A stretch of DNA of 63,376 bases, filler included, from Collodictyon triciliatum (GCA_043381765.1; 16 parts of 16 records of this genome joined end to end with filler, not necessarily neighbours in it); one strand, 5' to 3'; counted from the first letter of the whole stretch, positions 37,761 through 56,443 are shown. Program-made: numbers and translations. The notes: generated by a model not told the origin, from the letters alone.

Positions 37761-40469
37761 ATGAGCAAGGTTTGCACACAATGTCATATATTCATTATAT
37801 TCTGGTCCCGTGTTTATATGTGAATTGTTGCTCTATCCCTGCTCCATTCCAAACGGCTCTGTGAGCCTTTAACTCATGAAAACGAGTCTATGAGACTAAA
37901 ATACATAACCAGATAGATGACAAATATGCCATTCCCCCCAAAAGTCATATTATTTTCCTTCTCACAAGACCTCTCCTGGCAATATTCCGCCGGAAATCTT
38001 CACTCCAAAAGTGTATCTTGAACGAAATACACCTTCTACTATATCGGACAGGAGAAAGTGGGAGGATATGATAAAGTCGCATAACACCCTCCGTGATATG
38101 TACGACGAAGCGAGCAAGAAGGTGGGATTCTGGAAAAAAATTGCTATTTTTTTTGTGGACTTGCGTGTTTCTTTTTTCTTTTTTTCTTTTTTTTTTTGTT
38201 TTTTCTGTTTTGTTTTTTCTACTGATAATTTTTATGGTTGTACCATTTTTACATCTTCTTTCCTCTTCTTGTCTTTATTTAAATACTTTTATAAATTTTA
38301 AATGCTTCTTATTATTTCATGACCAACTGGTTTACTCTCGCATGAAGATAAAAGAAATGACCGAGGCTATTAGAAGGATGAAACATCAAATAGCTGTTCA
38401 ATCAAAGGAGAACTTGTTTTTAAAAAAATGCGTATGATATATTTGCTTCACATAATTGACTTGATATTACAGAGACATTTCGAATCATCACCAGGTATTG
38501 CTGTATTTTGAAGTAACTATTTTTCTCTGAATTATCCTATCAGCTGAAGCAAGCTAGCACCCAAAAAATCCAATTGCAAAAACAAGAAGAACCTTCAGCA
38601 GAAGATATCGACATTGATCGTTCCGTACCTTCGCCTGACTGGACAAATGACTTCCTACCAACAAAAGCAATCATATCTGTTGCCAAGGTAATTTATGTTT
38701 AGCATAGGCTACCTCTGTATTTAATGGAAATGTCTATGTGAAACGTGAATATAAATTGAAGACCATCTTCTTGCACGTTTTCGAAATGAATACTTCCCTT
38801 ATTCTTTCATATGCGTACTACTTGGAAGTGCTTAATTCTGAAACCAGCCTTAATTGGTTAATAATTTATGGGGGGAATGAAGGATGCCATAGCAAAATCG
38901 CAAACTAGAATCGAAGATATTTTGGTAGAAAACAGACTTATGGAGTCGGCTCTTGAGATTAAATCGGCTGATTTTGGATTGACAAAAGAGGAGTGTCGGG
39001 TAACTTGGTTATTTTTACGAAATAATATTTTACTTAAGTTATCTTACATCTTTAAAAAAAAAAAATATTTTCATATTTTTCTCTTATATATATAGAGTGG
39101 CCTGTTGTGTGAAATGATATCTCTCAAGGAGAAAATCAAGCAAATTAAGAAGGAAAACGAAACTATAACTGCTGGTCACCGAGAACTAGAGTTATTGTCG
39201 ACTAAGCAAATAGTTGAAATTAAATTCCATGAAAACAATGCTGCCGAGGCCAATAAAATTATAGAAGAGCAGAAGAAAGAATTCAAAAATATGTCAGATA
39301 TTCTTGAGGAGAAAATGGAAGATATCTTGCAGCTCAAAGAAATCGTGTTGTATCTTCATTTCATATCTATTACCATAAAAAAATTTTATAAAAAAAAAAC
39401 TTATCGTCAACCAGGTCATTAACTAGCTAATTAAATACAGATTATTCAGTACGAGAAGGAATTTGAAATGAGGAAAGGAAATAATGATATCCTAATGCTA
39501 GAACTTCAGCATAAATGTGATCTTATAGTTGAAAAAGACTGTATAATTAATCAGAAAGATGAAGAAATGTTCAAGAAAACCGAAGCTTTTCTTCTTGAGA
39601 AAGGTTTTTTATCTGTATCTTATATATTTTACATTTCCTTTCTGTAAACGATGAAATTTAATGACATCATGCTATTTATGTCCCTTATTTTATATTATTT
39701 TTTTCATGTTGCTAATTTTTATCTCTGCATTGGATATCCAAGCTGAATCCGCCAAAGTTATTCAACAATTACATGATGCTATGATTGAATTAAGGTTTTC
39801 AATTTCAAATTTCTTCTCAGATTTTATCAAAATTTATAAGACATATAAAAGTGACAATATTTTGGTGTTTACAAAAAAATTATTTAAAATCATTACATTT
39901 TTTAACTTTCGTATCAAGGTCTGAGCTTGAAAAACAAATGCAAAAGAATGAACTCACGGAAGAATTATGTGAGATTTCCAAACAGGATACTTGGAAAGAG
40001 TGTTATTCTGAGGTATCAAGAGTAAAATTGAGTATGGAAGATATGAAAAAGCAAAACGAGGAACGTTTGGAATTAATTGTAAAATCCAATGAAGGAAAAG
40101 TTTTGAAAATAAAAGAGTCTCATCAAAAAGATATAGAATGTCTTAGAGACGAGAATAAACAACAAAAAAATAAAATTAAGGCAGAATACGAAGAGGTTTG
40201 TACTAACCTTGCATCTGTCTACTCTGTTATCAAATAAGAAGGAAAAAGAATTAAATTACAATACCACCAGTGATGCTGATCTATTGGCATTAGTATTTTC
40301 CTTATGTATTACTATTTTAGTTTACCATTTATCAACTTAACAAATACCGTATCGGGTATCATCTTTTTAGTGTGCCTCGCAATTGATGCAAGAGTATTTA
40401 GAAAAAATAGACCATTTACAGAAATCATTTCATCGAGAAAGAAAAGAATGGTCATCAGAAAAAGATAAA
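37761..40469 (+). CDS. Multi-exon coiled-coil protein, partial
   Basis: ATGAGCAAG|gt followed by GT-AG exons rich in E/K/Q heptads (ISLKEKIKQIKKENETI, SELEKQMQKNELTEE). No family recognised. Confidence 0.7.
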
Positions 40470-40717
40470 GTAATACATGTATTTTTATATCAATTTTATC
40501 ACACTTTTCAATTTATGCAAAATCAGATGTGTTGGCCTCAGCTTGCTCGCCCTTGTATATGTTTACCTATTTGCGAGAATTTAAATGAAATATATAATCA
40601 AATGGAATATGTAGTGGTTCATAGGGTTGTAGTAGATGTTAATTTAATTTTGCATGTCACAGTCGCGAATTTTCTTCATTTGGTTAACCTGCTCAATTGC
40701 CTCTTTTTTTTCTTTTT

Positions 40718-40758
<41 letters not shown>

Positions 40759-41217
40759 TTTTGTTTNNNNNNNNNNNNNNNNNNNNNNNNNNNNNNNNNN
40801 NNNNNNNNNNTTAATTAATTAANNNNNNNNNNNNNNNNNNNNNNNNNNNNNNNNNNNNNNNNNNNNTTTTTTTTTTTTTTTTTTTTTTTTTTTTTTCTTT
40901 TTCTTTTTTCATCGATTTTCAGTTTTGTTTTTGAGCGGGGCTCGAACGCTTCTTGTGATCCCAGCAAAAATTGATCAAAAAGGCAATGCTCCTTTTGGGA
41001 ACATATGATGCTGGTAAATCATTCCCAAAACGTGAGAAAGACATGGCATAACGCCTTTCGTTGCAACTAGTCCGTTTCGGTGGCACCACATCAATAATTC
41101 ATATTTTTTAAATATTTGTACATATTTTGACCAATTTATATATCATCTGTGTTTTCTTCAGCCGACAATACTATTTTATAAAATTATTTATTGTTTTCCA
41201 CATATGACTGGAGCGAC

Positions 41218-41610
41218 CTACTTCATTCGCCTGTTCTCTGCTAAATATCTTGGTAATTCTTTAAGTTCCTTTATTAGGTGTCTACAATCGATTTTTCTGA
41301 TATACGGTCGCGGTTTAAAAAGACCGAGATAATTAATATAGAAAGAGCGGGTCTCATAAATATGCGGTTCGGTGTAGTCAGGCAGGTCGTAGTTCAATCT
41401 TTCTCTTTCACTGAGACATATCAACGCCGATGAACCACACCACATCAGGACAGTCCGTAATTGATGGGTTTTCCCCGACTTGAATTAAGTATTACGGTGT
41501 TTACACTTACGAGCCTTTCCCCTTTCCATATTTGTATTTTTCGAGATGTTTGTCATACACAGCCTATATGACACCAAAGAAGCGGGGTTAGTTCTTTTCT
41601 AGATAAACAA

Positions 41611-41649
<39 letters not shown>

Positions 41650-44070
41650 CAAACCAAACCGAAAAACCAAAAACAAAAACAAAGAAGTGGCCGTTACCCT
41701 AAGTTTCTTTAGACTGTTTGATGTCTTCCTCTCTTCTCTTTCTCGCAATATGCGATAATAAGATGCATACTCAGGGTCATATACACCAGCAGATAAATGG
41801 GACTGGAACTCGAGCATTGATAGCTGTAGCTCAGGAACAGAAAAAATATGGGAAATCTCTCCCAGACTTTGGTCGGGCTGATAAGTTTGCAAAATAATAA
41901 TAATAATAAATTAAATAAGATGAAAACACAGATGACGAAAATCATCAGCAGAGGAAGAGAACACATCTGCATATGATGATACATCATTAAAAGATAGGTA
42001 TCTAAAGCGTACTGGGGGCAAGAGTTTCAGCAAGTCGGCCTGTTCAGAACCAGTGAAGTAGCTTGCAAATATTTTTGGGTTCAGAATTTCCTATTCGCAT
42101 ATGACATTTAGCATTTTTAATGAAACCCCACTAAATTTATAGGACACAAAAAATTACAAAAACTAACGACGTCAATGAGTATTGATCTATTGATTGCACA
42201 AATTTAGTCACTTACGTTCAGATCAATTTCAATTAAGGGAGACGTGGATGATTCGAGTAACGAAATGCAATCCAATCTGAGAATTGATGCGTTATTTTGG
42301 AAGAAATAGGAACTTATCGAATAATGTGTAAATGATAAGAAGCTTGTCTTACTCCCCATCAGGTTTTCTTTTCCTTCCTTTTGGCTTCTTCTTCGATGGG
42401 CTCAATTCTAATTAAATCCATTTATGATTTATAAATAGGTTCGAATTGGACAAAAAATAATTTAACATGTATACCTGTCATACTTGTTGACAACGATGGG
42501 GCGGGAGTGAATTCATTTGAAGACGTTGTAATGGACATCGGAGACCTTAGCGGATTTCTTAATTATAGTTCTTGTGAGTGAATCCGACCGAATCCAGAGG
42601 GTATAAGCATCAAAAGGATGGGAAAGAGGAATGAGCAAAAGTTACATTCACATACAAAAATGCATTACTTGTCCACACATTCATGCAAAATCGATATCAC
42701 ACTAGAACGAAAACGCTGCTCTGATACACTATCCGAATCGTTTAAAAGTATCGGATTGGTGATTTTGAATTCTTCTTTTGTTGATATTGCTGTCACTTCT
42801 GGTTATTGTACATGTAATTGTCAGGCTTATTACAAATATTCAAGAGAAGAACGAGATAGTTATAATTGCTATTTTTTTTATTTTAGATTATCATTACAAA
42901 AGACATGAGTCCAGGATGAATCGGACAAATAGGAAATGATATGACATATGCATAATAGAAAAGTTCATTACGTGTTGCGGATGCAGTGTCCTAATAATTT
43001 AAAGGGAAATTATACAAAAGAAAAGTGAATAGCTTAGATTAAAAGACATATTGAATACTTGCTGATGCATGACCTCAACAGTGACCTGGGTTACTGATAA
43101 AGTTTGTAACTTACTTTGGACAATTCATATTCGCTGGCGAAATCGTCACAAAGAAAGTCCATGAGAATCTTTTTAACTCTCATCGTTAATTTGTACAAAA
43201 TAAGTTCAGCCTTCAAGCAATAGTAATGGTATATTTAGCCTTTTGTAAGTGTAATTTGAACATGATTTCAGAAGCTAAAATTGTTAATTATATTTTTATC
43301 AGAGAAAAATGTATTCGCTTTGACCCACTTCTACGTTAGTTCGATAATTCGGCTTCTGTCTCCATTGAGGACCTGCAGATAAGATCAAATTAGAAACAAA
43401 TTACTGCAAATATACTTAGATGTTTGAAGCATAGTGAGAAGACAACTTTAAGAGCTTACATATTTCTTCCTTCATCAAGTCTGACTCTTGCGATTCTTCG
43501 CTGCATTCTTCTGTCTTCTTGCCTCCCCCAGAATGACTAGAATAATAATGAAACAATATTGAAATCATTAGAATGACATAAAGGCATTATGATAAGCAAT
43601 CGACGTTTTTGTCCAACAAAGAGCAACAGAAATCTGAAAGAAAAAAACCCAATGCAGCCAACTTCTTACATCCTCTCCAGATAGTCTGCACGAAACTGCA
43701 GGTACTTTTGATGAAGATCCGGCGAATACGGCAGACTCTTAAACTTTTGCAAAAACTCTGCATACATCTCAGTGGTGCCCACTGGCAGGTCGACCAGGGC
43801 AGCAGAGAAAAGACTGCATAGGTTTTCCCCGGGCAACCCCGGCTCAGAGGCAGACATTCTCTTCTCCGGCTCCTCATACCTTGTGGGGATTGAATCAGCC
43901 AAGCCATGCGACTCCAACACAGCGCCCGAGTGGTCTACCAGGCGGGCCGGCAGTTCGGGCGATTCAGCCGGGACGATCGGGCTCTGTGGAATCGACCCGA
44001 AGACAACCGCAGAGGTTGGAGATGGCGATCGTGGGGCTGTTTGCTTTGACCGGTGTGCGCTCTCGCTCAT
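41218..44070 (-). CDS. Multi-exon hypothetical protein
   Basis: GC-rich first exon MSESAHRSKQ...ADYLER|gtaaga and several downstream GT-AG exons to ...RYLAENRRMK. No family recognised. Confidence 0.6.
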
Positions 44071-44947
44071 TAGAGGGTGGCTGTTTCCTGGTGGGTTGTG
44101 GTAGAAGCTTATGTCGAATGTTTGTAAGGGAGGGAGAGAAGAAAGACAAACAACAGCGCCTGTGTTGCGTAGTCGGAATCGTGCTTGAAGCTTTTGCTAG
44201 GTGTGTTTTGGTTTTTTTTTTTTTTTCAAACACAGGTTTGATTGTTGGCTAAGCGGGCTACAGATGAATAGAAACAAGGGAGGAGTTCCTTGCACATGGC
44301 TGCTTAATTAATTTATCCACAGAAATATGATATATTGTATTATTTAGTTGCTCCCATAGGAAAGAAATTTCATTTGGAAACAATTTAATGTATAATAGTT
44401 TATTTTCCAGAAATGAATTGGTATCGACACCACCGCCGATCACAAAATAGTCATAAAACATGAGATGGTGTTTTTATTGATTTCCCCAGGCGTTGGAGAG
44501 TTGCTTGCCAGACAGTTCACAAGTAAAGCCCGAGTGCGATCAGGTGATGGATCCATGTCTCGATGACGGGGCTTGGTGGTTGATGATGCGCATTTTTATC
44601 GGCACAAAATGATCAAAAGTAAACAATTTTTTTGAAGAAAAGAATGAATGAAAAGAAACGAATCTTTGGCAATCATTAATCGATCGTCGTTGGGACTGAA
44701 CCACCCCGCGACCCTTGTTGTCCTAGATGAGGTAAACTCTAATTTTTCACTGCATTTCGGAATTCTTGCATTTAGTTGTAAAATGAACAAACAAGAAAAA
44801 AAATGTGAAAAAACAAAAAAACAAAAAAACAAAAAAAACAAAAAAACNNNNNNNNNNNNNNNNNNNNNNNNNNNNNNNNNNNNNNNNNNNNTTAATTAAT
44901 TAANNNNNNNNNNNNNNNNNNNNNNNNNNNNNNNNNNNNNNNNNNNN

Positions 44948-45043
<96 letters not shown>

Positions 45044-45213
45044 ACATTGCTTTTCAATTATTTCATACCATCAACCCTTTATTAAGCCATGCAAAAAAAT
45101 TTCTCTCAAAATTATTTGTCTATTTTTCCTTGTTATTTTTATTTTCGAAGAAAACAAAATAAAAATGGAAATAAATTATATATTCACAATCCATTCAAAC
45201 TATGAATGTCTAG

Positions 45214-46338
45214 ATACAAAAATGATGGAGCCCTTGGTAAACTATGGCCTTAAGGCGATGTCCATGGGCTTTCTCGTTCCTGAAGACTCTGCTATGATTT
45301 GGAGAGGACCCATGGTATTCGTAACCATATCTCTTGATACCCATAAAGGTTTAATGGATCATTATTGTTCCTCATGATCAAGTAATGATTCTATAGGTCA
45401 TGACAGCTCTGAACCAGCTGGTAAGACAGGTAAAATGGGCAGAACTGGATGTTCTTGTCCTTGATTTGCCTCCTGGGACTGGAGATGCCCAGCTTACAAT
45501 TAGTCAGGACGTACCTTTGTCAGGTTAGGCCTCACTCATTGGTGAAACCATCCCGATTTTTCTATTGTGTTTCGTATGTAGTTATGTATTCCCAAGTAAT
45601 GTGTATATCGCACTCTCCAGTTTGATTATGCCTCTCGATTGGATTTCTCTATTTCCGGTTAATTTACTGTGTGATTTTTTTTTTATTTCGCTCGTCCTTC
45701 TTTTTTTTGTCTTGATTAGTTATTTATTATTTATCATTTAAGCCCTTTTTTTTTCTTCCTATAGTGTTTTTCATGATTTGTATTCGTAGGTGCTGTTATT
45801 GTTTCCACTCCACAAGATATTGCCCTGCTCGATGCCGTTCGTGGAACAAACATGTTTAAGACTGTTAACGTACCGGTAAGCCTTTAATTGACGTATATTA
45901 TCGTCTGGTTACACCATTATATTGGCCACCTCTTACTGAGACTTGGATGAGCTTTCATCCCGCAGAAAGCTTGATTTACGAATGATTAGCGAAAGTAGTA
46001 GTAGTAGAAAATAACGGAAACAAACATGAAACCCGTAGATTCTTGGTGTGATTGAGAATATGAGCTATCATAAGTGCCGCTCATGCGGGCATACAGACCA
46101 TATATTTGGTCATGGTGGTGCAAAAGAGACTGCAAGGAAACTGGAACTCGATTTTCTTGGTGAAATCCCACTGGATATCGAAATCCGCCAACGAGGAGAT
46201 GAGGGTGCCCCAATTGTTGCTGCCAACCCAACCTCCGAGGTTTCACAGGCATACTGTGCGATTGCATCTGCAGTCTATCAAAAACTTCAGCTGACTAAAA
46301 CGGCACAACAAAGCATCAAAATAACCATCGAAAAATAA
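45214..46338 (+). CDS. NUBPL: Mrp/NUBPL (Ind1) Fe-S cluster carrier ATPase, 3' four exons
   Basis: MSMGFLV...[13 protein letters not shown]...[40 protein letters not shown]...CRSCGH..IFGHGG; canonical introns. Confidence 0.9.
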
Positions 46339-47066
46339 ATCGAAAAGTAAATCGGGGACAATATGATTAGATTTATGGTATGAAGGCATTTAATTTGTGC
46401 CGATATGGAATTAAATTGTGCATATGAAAGGTTCATCCTCTGAGAATCTGCTTCTATGGACTTGATCTTATGAACTGCTCCTGAACGGAGTGAAATGATG
46501 TTTTGTATTTAATGCCATCCGCCACACTCTTAAAGACGGAGGAAGAAAAGAAAATATTACAGGCTTTGTTTTGGGCAGATTATGTCGCCAGAATGCTGTT
46601 GGCACCCGACAAGAGCGAGGAGAAATCCCTGTGTTTGCTTCGCTTTGTTTTTCTTTGCTTTGCTTTATGGGGTGACATAAATACGATGGGCACGATTGTT
46701 AATAGCCACCATTCTTTAAGCTATATTCTACATTTGCATGTCCATGTGACTTTGTTTGTTTTCCAAAGGATTTTAATAGATTCTTAGCGCGAATGGAGAA
46801 GGATAATTTTAACGATTTGACAGAGTTGTTCAAAATAGAGATAATGGACGTATTGACAAGCACATTTTCTTGGGTGTGTGGCTCACTGGGCTGTTTTATT
46901 TTGTTTCTCTTTCGATGGTGACATTTTTTAAATAAAATACCCTAGTTTGATATCTTAATAATATATACCAAATAAATATAAGGGGAAAGCATTCGTGAAA
47001 GTGCGGTGTTGCAGTTCAACTTGTTTTTGAGTCCTTCTCTGCAATCCAGCGAATACACCTGAATGC

Positions 47067-48514
47067 CTAGGCAAAAGGCTCCTTTTGTACATAGTTAATT
47101 ACAGGAGATATATTGATTGAATCCGCTGGAACAAACGGGGCCTGTACAATTCGTGACATTCTCTCGCATACAGTATAAACCTGATCAACATCTGTGAACG
47201 GCAACGGAAGAAGGACTTGCTTTGAGACGGGCCACAAACTTGACCTTGACCCATTCTCTGATTTCAGGACGATAGATGCTCGCACCCCAATTCGTTGATA
47301 TTCATTTCGAATATATACCACCTTGGGCTTTCTATCAGACATCGTACATATGCTTTCGATTTCGATTGATTGTATGTATCTTCCAGTAGGAAAGAAGAAG
47401 CTATTTCCCTGTATGAGAAACTGTGATATTTTTCTTTTAAGATAAAATGAGAGAATAAACTTTGAATCATCTGTTCGACATATAAGACTATTGTTTTTAG
47501 GAAGAAAGAAAAAGGGTGACGGGAAATATATATATCGTGCCAACTACCTGCTCCGGTGTGATTGTATATGTTATCTTCTGAGACACGTAATCCCATCCAT
47601 ATATCGCAACTGAGGATATCACAGCCATGCCAATAGATGCAAATCGAACAAGTTCGTATCCCTCTATAGCTTTGATAGTGATGGAGAGAACAAGTCCTGC
47701 AAGAGACCCGAGAAACAAGCATAAAATTACCACGAAAAGCGCGGGCCTCATAATTGGGAACATATTTCTAGTCAATAGAAAATTTATATTAGTACATCCT
47801 GTCCAAACTTACTTTATAGAACTTCTTTTATATATATATTTGCTATATGAAAACTATCATCAAATAAATATTAAAAACTTGTATTTTTTCGTATATTTTA
47901 TTTAACACAAAACCCGAAAGCATAATACATATATTATCTCAGTTACTATCTAAGCATATATACTTGTTTGTTTGCCTGTTTGTTTGTTTTTTGATTATTT
48001 TTTTTTGAAAAGGAATGAAATGATCTAAAAACCTCTCCACAGTCACTTTCTTGGGCAACATCGTCAAAGAGATGTATTTCCCTGCTGCTTTCAATCCCTC
48101 ATGACCGTAATCACCCAGAACCGGCATATTCGCGGCATCCTCCACTGGAAAAACAGTCGAGCCTGCATACTTCTCGAGTGCGGGATATGTTGCGGTGCTG
48201 GACACACGCAACATCGGCCCTGAGTCTGTCCTTCGGGGAGGATCTGCGGCGTTGAGCGACTTTATGTCCGAGAGCAAGCGCTGCCGATCTGCAAGGTTGA
48301 CAATCTTGAGGCGGTCGCGGAGTGAAGTGTTTGTCAGAGACATAAGTCGTTGTCCGTCGATGCTGTGGACTTCAAAGACCCGGACGAGCTCGCCGCGGTG
48401 GCCGCAAGACAAAAGCCACTCGCACACATCAGCCACCGTCCAGTTTGCAAGGGCGCTTCCTTGGTAGCCTGCCAAGAGACGTGCTGAGGACACTCCCGCG
48501 CCAGAATCGATCAT
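47067..48514 (-). CDS. SAM-domain protein with two transmembrane helices and a C-terminal soluble domain
   Basis: WTVADVCEWL...FEVHSIDGQRLMSLTNTSLRDRLKIVNLADRQRLLSDI is a SAM domain; the middle exon has two hydrophobic segments; a third exon continues in phase. Confidence 0.72.
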
Positions 48515-49026
48515 GCTAAGGAAGGAAGTGCTGAGAAGTTTGTGTTGGAGTTGTTGGTTTTTTTTCTTTTAGTACAGAGGAGAGAGTTGTCCTGTTGGTG
48601 AGCGTGTCTAGAACGGTAAGATACCCCGTTCCCTCGAAACGAGTGAAGAGGGCCCAAAAAAAAATGAGTGGCTGAGAAGATTGCAGATTGTGAGAGTCAT
48701 GCGAAGACGAGGTTTGGGATGAATCCCAGGTAGCATCTCAAAGGCATGATTTTGTGTGTTTCAAGGCGCACATAACATAGCTTCATCTCTTTCTCTCTTT
48801 TTTTCTTTCCTTTCCTTTCTGCTTCCTTCTCTTTTTCTTTTTCTTTTTCTTTTTCTTTTTCTTTTTCTTTTTCTTTTTCTTTTTCTTTTTCTTTTTCTTT
48901 TTCTTTTTCTTTTTCTTTTTCTTTTTNNNNNNNNNNNNNNNNNNNNNNNNNNNNNNNNNNNNNNNNNNNNTTAATTAATTAANNNNNNNNNNNNNNNNNN
49001 NNNNNNNNNNNNNNNNNNNNNNNNNN

Positions 49027-49122
<96 letters not shown>

Positions 49123-49131
49123 CTCGCGCAG

Positions 49132-52100
49132 TTCTGAAGATCTTGGACATCAACGGAAACGAACTGAGCGAGAAGATCAACCTTCGCACTGGTCGTTTTG
49201 CAAATACAAACTCAAGCAGCAACGATGTTAAGTGGAATCCACAAGCAGGTTTGCACGTCCGGCATTTCTTATGTGCCCTTCATGTGTCAGCAATATTTGA
49301 AACCATCGGTAGAATACTCTCTTTTTTTTTCTTATATAATGGCCTTAATATCCCATAGCAAGTCAATAGATTTCAGATTTAATCATTAATTTCAATAATG
49401 ATGCATAGTTGTATTTATCAATATAATCGCCCATTAATCTAGCCTTCCAGCATTACATCCTCACAAGTGCTACAAATGGTGCTTTACTGTTGTGGAACAT
49501 GACTCCTCAAGCTCCAAGAGCAGGTTTTCCCTCTTCCCCTTTTCAAATTCTTCTTTTTCTCCATTTTGATTGTATTTTATTTCATGGTATATCTTTGGCG
49601 TGTTAGAAATGAAAAAAAATCTCGAAATTAGGAATTTTTTTTAAAAAAAAAAAAACAATTGCCCCTCTGATTAGGAAACATAATGTACGTGCGCAACATT
49701 TAATATGATAGTTTTAAGGAATAAATAATGTACCTTTAGCAACTGTCGGCTCAGAACACACTCGCACCGTGAATCATGTCTGTTGGCACCCGTCAGATGG
49801 AAATGTTTTCATCAGTGGCTCGCAAGATGGGACTGTAAAGTTATGGGTAAATGCTTGTTTGCTAAACATTCTCAACAATATTCTTTGCTTCTTTGCTTTA
49901 TGCTTTATGCTTTATGCTTTATGCTTTATGCTTTATGCTTTATGCTTTATGCTTTATGCTTTATGCTTTATGCTTTATGCTTTATGCTTTATGCTTTATG
50001 CTTTATGCGTTATGCGTTATGCGTTATGCTTTTAAAATTGTGGAAAGTACCATCTTTTTTTTTTAAAATTAATTCAATTTTTCCAAAGGATATTAGGGAC
50101 CTTTCGAGATCTCGATGCACTTTCGAGTGCAGAGCAGACAATGTCAGAGACATCCAGTTTAATCCGTTCAGTCATTCGCTGTTCGCAGCGGGGACTGAGA
50201 ACAGTACACTGCAGGCAAAAAATAAAATTATATCCTCTATCTCGCTTTCTTCCTGAATATTCAACCCGATTTTTGTAAATTATCAATTAACTTTTGCTAC
50301 ATACGCCAATAGATTTGGGATATCAGAAAACAGAATGCACCAGAGAAGCAGCTGAATGCTTGTCAGACTCCGATTCTGGCAATCGATTGGCACCCTGAAG
50401 ATCCCACATTGATTGCCAGTGGAGGAAGAGACAACACCATTAAAGTACGGCACTCAATATATGTTTACTGCTTACTTCCCCTGCACATTTTCCTATCATT
50501 TAGATATATTTTTCATCAAGATAACCATCATCAAAACTGATTTCTTTTTCATACGTATTATTTTTCCTTTTTTTTATGCCGAAACCGACGACCAGATATG
50601 GAATCTAAACAACCCTCTGAAGCACGCCCATTCTGTCCAAACAGTGGCAAGTGTATGTCATATCCAATGGAGACCAACCTGTCGTTCACAGATTGCAAGT
50701 TCCGCTTTGCTTCTGGACTTTAGCATACACACTTGGTAACCGCACTTACGTCCATGAATCCACTCCCTTTCGATATTTATTTTATTCTTTTCCTAGCACA
50801 TTTACTTAAGTCCCTTTTTTATAGGGATATTAATCGGCCCTACATTCCTCGGTTTTCGATGACGGAACTCAAAGACGTAACCACTGGTTTTCTTTGGATG
50901 GCCGATGACGACGGCGAAAAGATTTTATCTTGCTCGAAAGACGGTGTCGTCAAGTTTCATCCCCTCGTATTATTTTATCTAAAGAAAAAAATCAACGTTT
51001 TTACTTTACACGCTCTATTTACATGTCACAAAATCATGGTGATAACATTACAGTTAGATTCTTTACATAATCGAATCTTTCTCTCGGTTTCTCGGTTTCT
51101 CTTTTTCCAATTTTTTTTATTGAAGTATATTTCTGATTCGGATGCTGTTATTGCATCATTGTGGTTCTTACTTAAGTGCATATTGTCATCACGATGCAGA
51201 CTGCATCATATCGGCCGTATGAAAACATCCGCTCCACTTGTCTTTCCTGGAGTCCTGCGTCTGACCTTGTCTCTATTACGGAAAAGATCGACCGTCGTGC
51301 TCAATCGTGGGAATTTTACAACAACCAAATAACAATGCTAGTAACCGTGATGATTGCAACAAATTAAATTGCCATGTCATATACTTATATCAAATCCAGC
51401 CCACTTGCCCATTTCATGAATCATATTTTTGTTCTCTCCATTCCAATGATTTGTTTAGTAATCTCCAGCCTACTCCACACAACATCACATCATCACCCAT
51501 CATAACGCCGCACATGCCCCCATTTTCATCCCCTGTTACCGAGGCTCCTCCACGCACTGGAAAAGTGTATGTGAACGTGCATTCACCTGTGGCGCTTCAG
51601 CAGGTTGCTGCGCCACCCATGTTTGACCGTGCTACATTTCACTATTTGGCCCAACACTATGTCTACGAAGGAATGCCTCTAGCAGAATTGTGTCTGCATA
51701 ACGCTGATGTGGCAGCAAAGGCTCAATTAAATCATGTAATTTGTAATTTGGTGTCTCTTTCATGATGTGCTTTTATTTTTAGGTAAGTTTTCTACAAGTC
51801 TTTTACCTGCATCCTCATTTCACAATTAGATTGAGCATACATGGAGGGTTATCAACACTCTGTACTCAAATGAAGGATTTACTAAAAGTATGTTTCTTTC
51901 TTCAGCCTAGTTTTGTTATTTTTTTCTACTTATCTAACCAATATTTAATTCAGTATACATGTGCTGATGTGCTCGTTTTTTTTCTGTGATAAAGTTGTAC
52001 ATATATCCACGGACAAAGATGCGGACCAGACGAGAGCAGATGAGGAGTTTATTTCCGATCTGACACACCAAAATGGGTTTGCAACCGACGAACAAAACAC

Positions 52101-52775
52101 AACAATTATAGAGTCCGCAGGACAAAATCAAATAGGTGCAGAGTAACTTGAATGCTTAAATCAAATTTTAGAGATTTGTTATTGATATTCGCTATTGTCG
52201 CTTCTTATCTGAGATTGCATCTTTTAAAATACTGTCATGAATAAATTTTACGACTTTGTATTGTATTTGCAGATGAGAGTGCGTTTGATTTGGATTCGGA
52301 CAATCTTTTCAATCAGCAGAGAATGAACCACGTATGTTTCCATTTTCAAAACTAGGCAATAATTTTTAAGAAGATGGTGTAATATATATATGATGACCCA
52401 AAAGTGACTCGAATATTTTGAATTGAGATTATTTGGCCTTAGTTGGTCCCGCATGAGGATATGGCTCTTGATGATGGTGATAATGAAGGATTCAATGACC
52501 ATGCATCCGATGATATTTTACCAAATGATATTCCCACGGCACTCGCAGACGACCCAACCGTTGACAGCTCCTTTGTGAGTCTGATGCTGCGCTTGCGATT
52601 GACGTTTACATTTTCTTATGAAAGAGACGCTTGTTAATGAATTCTCGAAAGATTAATTTATTTGTTGTAAAATAAAAAAAAACCTGCAAATGAAACAGGA
52701 AGGAATGTTCTCAATCTCACCAGTCAATTCCCGACCTCCTTCACCGTCCCTGCAGAGCCCGGAGGACTTAAAAAA
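49132..52775 (+). CDS. WDR24: WDR24 / Sea2 (GATOR2 WD40 subunit), partial
   Basis: NDVKWNP, TSATNGALLLWN, EHTRTVNHVCWHP...SGSQDGTVKLW|DIR, VRDIQFNP, IASGGRD, VQTVASVCHIQWRP, W|DINRPYIP...KDVTTG, LCLHNADVA. Confidence 0.85.
50215..50312 (+). other. GC-AG intron in WDR24
   Basis: CTGCAG|gcaaaa...ccaatag|ATTTGGGAT joins ENSTLQ to IWDIR in phase, matching the WD40 pattern LQxWD. Confidence 0.75.
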
Positions 52776-53105
52776 GTAAGTATTGAAATTTTGCTGCTTT
52801 CCCTTCGATACTTAATAAATATTAATTAAAAAATTATTCCCTTATCCCTATTCGTATATGTACTCTTTTATCTTTTCAATATAGACACAGTATTATTATT
52901 ATTATCATTATCATTATTATCATTATTATCATTATTATCATTATTATCATTATTATCATTATTATCATTATTATCATTATTATCATTATTATCATTATTA
53001 TCATTNNNNNNNNNNNNNNNNNNNNNNNNNNNNNNNNNNNNNNNNNNNNTTAATTAATTAANNNNNNNNNNNNNNNNNNNNNNNNNNNNNNNNNNNNNNN
53101 NNNNN

Positions 53106-53188
<83 letters not shown>

Positions 53189-53328
53189 TGTTTGTGTATC
53201 TTAACAGTTCAAACATAAAGTCACTACAATTGCTAGTATAGCACCATCTCGAAGTCAACGTTTGTCTTTATGGTATATGTGTCACATATATTAAAGAAAT
53301 CCACGAAAAATAGAAGAAAACAAAAGAG

Positions 53329-56443
<3,115 letters not shown>

